64,000 nt of DNA from Corallococcus sp. (GTDB taxonomy: Bacteria > Bacillota > Clostridia > Christensenellales > CAG-314), in contig JAMPEJ010000006.1 of NCBI GenBank assembly GCA_023665205.1, forward strand, positions 47,513-111,512, given 5' to 3'. The position numbers and the translations under genes are program-made. Positions 57,021 to 64,000 of this stretch are shown here, in pieces (positions within the stretch are counted from its first letter, which is position 1; every line of letters begins with the position of its first letter). The notes below the pieces were generated by a model that saw nothing but the letters and a program-made list of their open reading frames with translations, was not told the origin of the DNA and made no database searches.

Positions 57021-57914
57021 TTGTTTTGTTACAACGATTTGTTGCACGAGACGGAACTGTTTTGCAGAAACGGCGTGGAAACCGGCGTTGTCGGCGAAAG
57101 CGAACTGGGACAGCGCATACCGTATATATTCGTAGGACAAAAAAACGGCAATTATATGATCGTGCAAGGCGCCATCCACGCGCGCGAGCATCTTACTGCG
57201 TTGTTGACTGTCAATCTTGCCAAGTATTTGGTCAAAAATAAAAATTTGCTGTTAAACGGCGGTATTTATTTCGTCCCTATGGTTAATCCCGACGGAGTAC
57301 GTCTGTGTCAGGAGGGCGTAGGGTTTATCAATAACAAACAACGCAAAAGCAATCTACTTGCCATAAACGGCGGAAGCGATTTTTCGCTGTGGAAGGCCAA
57401 TGCGGACGGCGTGGACTTGAACGTCAATTTCGACGCGCATTGGGGCGAGGGCGAAAAAAACGAGTTTTACAAATCGTCGCAGAATTACGTCGGCAAATTT
57501 CCTTTTTCCGCGAGAGAAAGTAAAGCTCTTGCCGATTTTACATGCAAAATAAAGCCTTGCGTCACGTTGTCTTATCACCTTAAAGGCGAGGAGATATATT
57601 GGGAATTCGGACAAACGTCGCACAGACGTTTTCGGGATAAGCGTTATGCCGAGGCTATCGCCAAATATACGGGCTACAAAGTCGTAGGTCAAGGAAAAAG
57701 CGTTGCCGGCTACAAAGATTGGTGTATAGAACAATTCAAAATCCCTTCATACACCGTCGAGGTGGGAAACGACAAGTTCGAGCACCCGTTTCCTTACTCG
57801 CAGTTTAACGAGATATATACGCAAAACGAGGATTTGCCACGCAGACTGTTGAACAGCGTCGTTAAAGACAATCAGGCAATTACCGAAGCGGATTTGTGGG
57901 ATCTGTTAGAGTAG
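57021..57914 (+). CDS. M14-family zinc carboxypeptidase-like protein
   Basis: TTG start after AGGAGGGG. The HAREH (HxxE) zinc motif and overall size fit gamma-D-glutamyl-diamino-acid peptidase-like M14 enzymes. Confidence 0.7.
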   Translation: MFCYNDLLHETELFCRNGVETGVVGESELGQRIPYIFVGQKNGNYMIVQGAIHAREHLTALLTVNLAKYLVKNKNLLLNGGIYFVPMVNPDGVRLCQEGVGFINNKQRKSNLLAINGGSDFSLWKANADGVDLNVNFDAHWGEGEKNEFYKSSQNYVGKFPFSARESKALADFTCKIKPCVTLSYHLKGEEIYWEFGQTSHRRFRDKRYAEAIAKYTGYKVVGQGKSVAGYKDWCIEQFKIPSYTVEVGNDKFEHPFPYSQFNEIYTQNEDLPRRLLNSVVKDNQAITEADLWDLLE

Positions 57915-58034
57915 CCGCAATTGCGGACGGTATTTGACGCACGCATTCAGCGCAGCAAACGCGGCTGTCAAAATTATCACTTGAAAATTTTTGTTTTTTG
58001 AAACAACTGCGGATATTTAATATATCAAAGCAAA

Positions 58035-58065
58035 GTCTTATCGGAATCGAAGATAAGGCTTTTTT
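58035..58065 (+). terminator. Rho-independent terminator
   Basis: GTCTTATC..GATAAGGC stem followed by T6. Confidence 0.6.
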
Positions 58066-58205
58066 GATCGGGAAATATTTGTAAAGATTATTGATTTTGA
58101 GCGGTTGCATTTTGCGTCGGCGAAATGTATAATGTTTCAGGACGGTACGGGCGCGGCGAACATTTGTAAGCGCATACCGTAAATTACTGTCAAGGAACGG
58201 CTACG

Positions 58206-58946
58206 GTGAAAAAGATAGGTGTAATAAGCGACGCGCACGGCAATTTGCCGGCACTTGTTGCGGCGTTAGAGTATTTGGACAAGCAGGGCTGCGACGAAAT
58301 TATCCACACGGGAGACGTTGTGGATATCGGACCGCAGTCGCGTGAATGTTTGGAACTTTTGCTTAAAAACAACGTGTTGTGTCTCATGGGCAATCACGAC
58401 AAAGATTTTGCGGATAATAATTACGTTCACAAAGCGTTTTCACACGTATCTTCGGAACACAAGCGGTACGTGTTTGACAGTTTGGACGGATACAGAAATA
58501 TTGTTGCAAGTTTTCCTTTGTTTGCAGAACGGACCTGCGGCGGCAAAAAAATCGTTTTCGAGCATTATTGCCGTTTGCCCGTCCCTTCGCCCAACGGATA
58601 TATTTTTTACGAAATATCCAGCGAACATCCTACTGCTGAAAGATTTGACGAAATGTATTCGCATTACGAAGTCGACGCGGCGTTTTTCGGACATAAGCAC
58701 GAGCCTTGCGATAAACTCGGTAAACGTTTGTATGTGGACGTCGGTAGCGTAGGTTGCCATCCGTTTTCTACGGCAAACGGCATTGTGATAGAATACGACG
58801 AAACACAATTTGAATATCACCGCTTTGCAGTACCGTACGACAGAAAAAGTGCGTGCAAAAAAATGACGGAAGGCAGTTTGCCGGACGGGCAATATCTGTT
58901 CGATTTTTATTTCGAGCATAAAAAGGATTTGAAACGCGATTTTTAA
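58206..58946 (+). CDS. Metallophosphoesterase
   Basis: GTG start. The DAHGN, GDVVDIGP and GNHD motifs of the calcineurin-like phosphoesterase superfamily. Confidence 0.85.
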   Translation: MKKIGVISDAHGNLPALVAALEYLDKQGCDEIIHTGDVVDIGPQSRECLELLLKNNVLCLMGNHDKDFADNNYVHKAFSHVSSEHKRYVFDSLDGYRNIVASFPLFAERTCGGKKIVFEHYCRLPVPSPNGYIFYEISSEHPTAERFDEMYSHYEVDAAFFGHKHEPCDKLGKRLYVDVGSVGCHPFSTANGIVIEYDETQFEYHRFAVPYDRKSACKKMTEGSLPDGQYLFDFYFEHKKDLKRDF

Positions 58947-58991
58947 CTGAGTTAGGCAAGTGCGACATATTTAACTTACGAGGGCTTACGT

Positions 58992-60476
58992 ATGAAACAA
59001 GGATTCGACAACGGCAAGTACATTCAACTTCAATCGGAAAAGATTGCCGAACGCGTAAACGTTTTCGGCGGCAAACTTTACTTGGAGTTTGGCGGCAAAC
59101 TGTTTGACGACTATCACGCTTCACGTGTGTTGCCGGGTTTTTTGCCGGACAGTAAAATTGTGATGCTGTGCCGAATAAAGGAACAGGTGGAAGTTGTAAT
59201 TGCCGTAAGCGCTGCGGATATTGCCCAAAACAAAGTCCGCGCAGATATCGGAATCACGTACGACGAGGACGTTTTGCGCTTATACGACGAACTGACAAAC
59301 CGCGGCTTGTACGTAGGCAGTATCGTTATTTCGCAGTATTCTGAGGAAAACGTTGCAACCGTCAAATATAAACAACGTTTGGAAAATATGGGTATTCGCG
59401 TTTACCGTCATTACAAAATAGAAGGCTATCCCAGTAATGTAACTCATATCGTTTCCGACGATGGTTTCGGCAAAAACGATTATATAGAAACGTCCCGCAA
59501 TATCGTGGTAGTAACGGCTCCCGGTCCGGGAAGCGGAAAAATGGCTACGTGTCTTTCGCAAATGTACCACGATAACAAACGAGGCATCCGTTGCGGATAC
59601 GCTAAGTACGAAACTTTTCCCGTGTGGAACTTGCCGTTGAACCATCCGGTAAACGTCGCTTACGAAGCGGCGACTGCCGATCTTGCCGACGTCAATATGA
59701 TAGATCCTTGGCATATGCAGGCTTACGGACAGTCCACCGTAAATTACAACCGAGACGTGGAAGTGTTCCCTGTACTCAACGCTATATTTACCAAAGTGTT
59801 GGGATATTCTCCCTACAAGTCTCCCACGGACATGGGCGTAAATATGGCCGGATATTGCATAAGCGACGACGAGATTTGCTCAGTTGCAAGTCGGCAGGAG
59901 ATTGTGCGCAGATACTTGAATGTAAAAGTTCAGGTAAAAAAAGGCGCGGCAAACAATGCCGTCTTGGATAAACTGGATATAATAACTTCCAAGTTGGGAC
60001 TTAGCGAAAACGACCGTATAGAAGTCGCGGCTGCGCGCAATTACGCAAGCGCAAGCGGCAGTATTGCCGGCGCGCTGACGTTGCCGGACGGTCGGCAAGT
60101 GTTGGGCAAGGCGTCGGGGCTTCTTTCCTGTGCGTCGTCGCTGGTACTAAACGCAGTAAAACCGCTTGCAAATTTACCCGACGTCAAATTGATCGCTCCG
60201 CAAGCGCTGGAGCCTATACAGTTGTTAAAAAAGGAAAGTTTCGGCGAGGGCAATTCTCAATTGCACGCCGACGAGGCGCTCATTGCCTTATCCGTTTCGG
60301 CGGCAGTCAACCCCATGGCGGAATTGGCGCTTTGCAAACTGCCGGCGCTGCGCGGGTGTCAGGCGCACTTTTCGGCAATGCTGTCACCTTCCGACGAAAA
60401 GACTTTGCGTAAACTGGGCATTCAGGCAACCTGCGACGCGGTTTATCCAAGCGGCGGCGTGTTTTTGGGAGAATAG
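58992..60476 (+). CDS. DUF1846 (UPF0371) family protein
   Basis: The N-terminal GFDNGKYIQLQSEKI..KLYLEFGGKLFDDYHASRVLPGF is characteristic of this family. About 494 aa. Confidence 0.8.
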   Translation: MKQGFDNGKYIQLQSEKIAERVNVFGGKLYLEFGGKLFDDYHASRVLPGFLPDSKIVMLCRIKEQVEVVIAVSAADIAQNKVRADIGITYDEDVLRLYDELTNRGLYVGSIVISQYSEENVATVKYKQRLENMGIRVYRHYKIEGYPSNVTHIVSDDGFGKNDYIETSRNIVVVTAPGPGSGKMATCLSQMYHDNKRGIRCGYAKYETFPVWNLPLNHPVNVAYEAATADLADVNMIDPWHMQAYGQSTVNYNRDVEVFPVLNAIFTKVLGYSPYKSPTDMGVNMAGYCISDDEICSVASRQEIVRRYLNVKVQVKKGAANNAVLDKLDIITSKLGLSENDRIEVAAARNYASASGSIAGALTLPDGRQVLGKASGLLSCASSLVLNAVKPLANLPDVKLIAPQALEPIQLLKKESFGEGNSQLHADEALIALSVSAAVNPMAELALCKLPALRGCQAHFSAMLSPSDEKTLRKLGIQATCDAVYPSGGVFLGE

Positions 60477-60773
60477 TCCTGCGCTCTTGTGTTTGAAAAA
60501 ACTGTGTGATATAATACTTATAAGACAACAACCGAAAGTGACGGGCATTACAACCGCCGGACGTTTTGGCCATACTTGTCAAAAACGGTTTAACGTTACG
60601 GTTTATTTGTAAACAGCGTCGTCGCCGTTTTGCATTTAGACGGCTAGGGCGTTTGATAGAACCGTACGGTTATTTGCGGCGTTGTTATTAAAGTAGCAAC
60701 ATTGTTTATTTAACTTTACTGTAAATGTCACATATGAAGTTTGAAATAGAATAAACTTATGGAGGAGATAAAA

Positions 60774-61958
60774 TTGAAAAACAAACTTAAAAAGATTCTT
60801 TGCCTAGCGCTTTGTTTGGCATTGGTTCTTACTGCGGTATTTACGCTTGTTGCGTGTGACCGCGAACTGACCGAAGAAGAAAAAGAGCTTTTGCGTAAAG
60901 AGTTGCTTTCCGACGTTTCGTTGGATATGTCTTGCGCCGAGATGTCGTTTTCCGTAATCGAACCAACGGGGACTTCCGTGCAAGTTTATGCCGCGTGGGA
61001 AACCGTTGCGGCAACGGACGGAGCGGACGCTTCGATAAATGCGGATCTTTTCATTGCGGAATACGACGGTTCGGGACTTAGTGCAACGACTTCCGCCACA
61101 GTATTGTTGATGCGCGGAACGGACGTATACGGTGCCAGTACCGCTTTGGATATTGCCGGCAACGACAAAATTGCCGGAATCAAAAACAAAATGGATACGG
61201 TTATCCCCAATTTGGAAAAGAAAACGTTGGAGGAAATTTTGCAGTATATTTCTTCTCAGACCGGCGTCGATTTGTCCGTTTTGGGAGGAATAACTTTGCC
61301 TGACGGAAATCCGACAATCAACGCAAGCGAAATTGCCGACGTACTTAAAGAGTACTTTACAAAGTTTACCGTTACGGAAAACGGTTACTCGATCGGTTTC
61401 GATTTCAACAAAGTGATAGACCGGATTTGGAACGCTGCATATAGCGTTGCTACGATAATCGACGATAACGGTGATTTGTCGCTCGGCACGTTGTATGCCG
61501 ACGAAACGTTCAAAGCCGTTGCGGAACAGTTGCCGCTTACCGCTGCGGAACTGGAAACGGCTGTGAACCAAGTTGTTGCTCAAATAAACGATCAGCTGCC
61601 CGCTGAACAGCAAATAAGCTTTACTGCGTTGGTTGCGGAACAAGACGAAACGCTCTACGACTACTTGGGCAGATACTTGGCGATAGATATTGACGAAACT
61701 CACACCGTAGGCAGTATGACCGTGGGCGACGTGCTTTGTATGTTATTTAACACGCAAGAGCCTCCCGTTTTGAAAGACATGTTGGATCAGGCAACCGTCA
61801 GTGTTTTGCCCGCGATAAAGCAAATGGCGGCTATGCTAAAAGTCGAGTTTAATTTTACCAAAGATAAAAAATTGGACGGGATCCGTATTGGCGTAACAGG
61901 CCTGTTGGAAATTTCCGTAAAACCTTTACGCGAAGCAAATCTCATCGCACTGTCCTGA
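60774..61958 (+). CDS. Lipoprotein, unknown function
   Basis: In-frame TTG at 60774 lies 8 nt after GGAGG and gives MKNKLKKILCLALCLALVLTAVFTLVAC. The ATG at 60759 has no SD, so the start is uncertain by 15 nt. Confidence 0.7.
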   Translation: MKNKLKKILCLALCLALVLTAVFTLVACDRELTEEEKELLRKELLSDVSLDMSCAEMSFSVIEPTGTSVQVYAAWETVAATDGADASINADLFIAEYDGSGLSATTSATVLLMRGTDVYGASTALDIAGNDKIAGIKNKMDTVIPNLEKKTLEEILQYISSQTGVDLSVLGGITLPDGNPTINASEIADVLKEYFTKFTVTENGYSIGFDFNKVIDRIWNAAYSVATIIDDNGDLSLGTLYADETFKAVAEQLPLTAAELETAVNQVVAQINDQLPAEQQISFTALVAEQDETLYDYLGRYLAIDIDETHTVGSMTVGDVLCMLFNTQEPPVLKDMLDQATVSVLPAIKQMAAMLKVEFNFTKDKKLDGIRIGVTGLLEISVKPLREANLIALS

Positions 61959-61981
61959 CGCAAAATTAAATGATATAGTAA

Positions 61982-62009
61982 GGCGCCGCACCTAATTTGG
62001 TGCGGCGCC
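61982..62009. terminator. GC-rich bidirectional hairpin between convergent genes
   Basis: GGCGCCGCACC-taattt-GGTGCGGCGCC, a perfect 11-bp stem. Confidence 0.7.
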
Positions 62010-62036
62010 ATTTATGTAAATAAAAACGGTGCGGCG

Positions 62037-62747
62037 TTACGCTATTTCCAATGCCAACGTCATCATCTCGCGGAAAGAATTTTGCCGTTCGTCGGACGTC
62101 AGTTCTTCGCCGGTAAGCAAGTGATCGGAAATAGTGCAAATGCACAGTGCGTTTTTGCCTGCGCGCGCCGCATTCAAGTATAGCGCAGCGGCTTCCATTT
62201 CTACCGCAAGCACTCCCATTTTGCCCCAGACGCTTGACGCTGCGGAGGGAGAATCGTTATAGAAAGTGTCGCTAGAGAGCACGTTTCCTACGCTGTAGTC
62301 AAATTTCAGTGCTTTGGCGGTTTCGACGGCTTTTTCCAACAAAGGATAACTTGCAATTGGAGCCAGAGTGCCCGGCATATCAAATTGGTGTGCATAGTTG
62401 CTGTTTGTGCACGCCCCTTGCGCAAATACAAGACTGCGCAGTTTAACGTTTTTGTTCATTGCTCCGGCCGAACCTATGCGGATAATATTTTCCACTTCGT
62501 AGAAGTTATACAATTCGTAACTGTAAATCCCTATCGAAGGCATACCCATTCCGCTTGCCATGACCGAAACGCGTTTGCTGTTGTAGTAACCGGTGTACCC
62601 TTGTACTCCGCGGACGTTATTGACCAGTTTTGCGTCTGTAAGGAAATTCTCGGCGATGTATTTTGCGCGCAGAGGATCTCCGGGCATAAGGACGGTTTTT
62701 GCAAAGTCGCCTTTTTTTGCTGCAATATGAGGTGTAGGAACGGGCAT
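62037..62747 (-). CDS. deoD: Purine nucleoside phosphorylase, DeoD type
   Basis: TPHIAAKKGDFAKTVLMPGDPLRAKYIAENFL and the VEMEAAALY motif. Confidence 0.9.
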   Translation of the reverse strand: MPVPTPHIAAKKGDFAKTVLMPGDPLRAKYIAENFLTDAKLVNNVRGVQGYTGYYNSKRVSVMASGMGMPSIGIYSYELYNFYEVENIIRIGSAGAMNKNVKLRSLVFAQGACTNSNYAHQFDMPGTLAPIASYPLLEKAVETAKALKFDYSVGNVLSSDTFYNDSPSAASSVWGKMGVLAVEMEAAALYLNAARAGKNALCICTISDHLLTGEELTSDERQNSFREMMTLALEIA

Positions 62748-62937
62748 TTTGTGTGTTCTCCTTTTTTGTTATGCATATTTTACGTTGTGCGATAAACTTG
62801 TCCCGTCTGCAATTTTTTGCAATGCGAAACCGAAAGTAAGGTTTTGCGGACTGCGTTTTACGCAACAAAATTATATTATTAAATAACGTTTGTGTCAATA
62901 CGTAAAATAAAAATCTGTGTTGCGGTAAGCGGCTTTG

Positions 62938-63588
62938 TCAATCTTCGTAGACGTTCAAAACGATCACTTTCGGACGCACGTTACCCGGCAAATCGTCTAA
63001 AACCAAAGTTTCGCTCTCCAATCGACGGACTGACGCCGCGTCAAAAAGATCGGTAAATTTATCAAGGGAGTCTAAGTCGAATTTGTGTTTGTCCGTCTTG
63101 TAATGCATGGGCAAAACTATTTTCGGATTGACTTTGTCTACGTATTGCTTTGCTTGTTCGGCGTTTACGGTGTATATTCCTCCTACCGGCAGCATAAGTA
63201 CGTCGCAGCCGTATATCTTTTTTGCAAGATCGTCGTCCACTTCGCCGACGTCGCCCATGTGTACTATTTTTAATCCGTCCACCAAAAAACAGAATACGTA
63301 GTTTTCTCCTCTGAGCCGTCCGTGTTGGTCGTCGTGATGGCAGAAAATGCTTTGTATCGCAACGTCGTCGGCGGCAAGACGAACGTCCTTTTCTAACAGG
63401 GCGGGGTTGCCTGCTACGCCTTTTATGTAGTCGTGGTCGCGGTGACGGTGGGATATTGTCACGACGTCGCAGCTTAAACGCGGCATATCGAATCCTACGA
63501 AATCGCCCGCGTAAGGGTCGGTGACGATAGTCGTACCCATTTGGCTTATCATGCGAAAGCACGAGTGTCCCAGATATTGTATTTTCAT
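62938..63588 (-). CDS. MBL-fold metal-dependent hydrolase
   Basis: ATG at 63588 after GAGG. MKIQYLGHSCF and the SHRHRDH (HxHxDH) metal motif. Confidence 0.8.
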   Translation of the reverse strand: MKIQYLGHSCFRMISQMGTTIVTDPYAGDFVGFDMPRLSCDVVTISHRHRDHDYIKGVAGNPALLEKDVRLAADDVAIQSIFCHHDDQHGRLRGENYVFCFLVDGLKIVHMGDVGEVDDDLAKKIYGCDVLMLPVGGIYTVNAEQAKQYVDKVNPKIVLPMHYKTDKHKFDLDSLDKFTDLFDAASVRRLESETLVLDDLPGNVRPKVIVLNVYED

Positions 63589-63927
63589 TGCAATTACCTC
63601 GATTTTAGCGATATTGTTTTTTTGTATCACGCTTATTTTTGCGCCGTCTAATTGTACAACGCGGCGCAAAATGTGTCAATACCCGCGACGTTTTACGGCA
63701 GGGCTTTTATTTCGATATTTATATCGTCTTGGCGGTTGCATATTGCGGCAAATTACGCAAATTGGTGCAAAATATAAAAAAAGTAGATTTTTTCCGTAAA
63801 GTTTGGTATAATAGATATGCGTTAGTCCGCGCGCTTTTTTTGTAAAGCGTTTGGCCGCTGTAAAACGGCGGCGTTGCAGGGCAATTTCACCCTAATACGG
63901 ACACGGCGCATTATGGGAGGCAGATTT

Positions 63928-64000
63928 ATGAAATCTTGGAAGTTGAACGCCCCGAACACTCTCGTTTTGGAGGAATCGGAGCCGACAATTCTGACGGAAA
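63928..64000 (+). CDS. Unidentified protein, N-terminal fragment (continues beyond window)
   Basis: GGGAGG SD at 63915, then ATG at 63928. MKSWKLNAPNTLVLEESEPTILTE.. is too short to classify. Confidence 0.4.
   Translation, partial: MKSWKLNAPNTLVLEESEPTILTE

Noticed and set aside
58300-58308. The only perfect DnaA box (TTATCCACA) in the window.
   Set aside because: It is a single isolated copy inside the metallophosphoesterase coding sequence, with no neighbouring boxes or AT-rich element. One chance occurrence of a 9-mer is unremarkable.
63815-63927. A possible riboswitch or attenuator in the ~110-nt leader after a TGGTATAAT -10 box (63803..63811).
   Set aside because: Only short generic hairpins are present (GCCGC..GCGGC and AGGG..CCCT). 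I recognise no riboswitch core, and the downstream gene is truncated by the window edge.

Overview
This window is the chromosomal replication-origin neighbourhood of a moderate-GC Bacillota genome, Clostridia-like and probably spore-forming (yyaC is present). Most of it is conventional housekeeping coding sequence. Recognisable genes are murC, uvrC, addA/addB, ftsH, yyaC, parA/parB, mnmE, mnmG, rsmG, jag, yidC, yidD, rnpA, rpmH, dnaA, dnaN, deoD and one tRNA-Ser(UGA). There are also envelope and transport genes: an ECF sigma/anti-sigma module, several lipoproteins, a PnuC-like transporter, a MacB-type ABC pair, a MATE pump, and GtrA and GT8 proteins. I found no CRISPR array, transposase, integrase or recognisable defence system. 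The points that deserve a second look are:

1. A 2.8 kb AT-rich stretch with essentially no ORFs lies between yyaC and parB. It carries three near-consensus parS sites within 242 bp. A 17-nt exact inverted repeat brackets them, and one copy sits inside a perfect palindrome.
2. Two sigma-A-type promoters have a G8 or G10 homopolymer inside the -35/-10 spacer. Both sit in front of envelope-protein genes, which is classic phase-variation architecture.
3. The origin locus is scrambled. The transcription order is dnaN, two lipoproteins, pnuC-like, dnaA, then rpmH, all co-directional. The mnmE-mnmG-rsmG block is inverted. The gene-strand switch and a cluster of degenerate DnaA boxes fall upstream of dnaN rather than next to dnaA.
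4. A 1.1 kb island with two XRE genes sits at an inversion junction. It is flanked by near-identical terminator hairpins.
5. Three genes, including dnaA and addB, have a -10 box 9 nt before the ATG and no Shine-Dalgarno sequence, so they may be leaderless.

The many long antisense ORFs in the track all lie in exact codon register with real genes, so I reject them. All functional calls come from motif and family recognition by eye. No searches were run.
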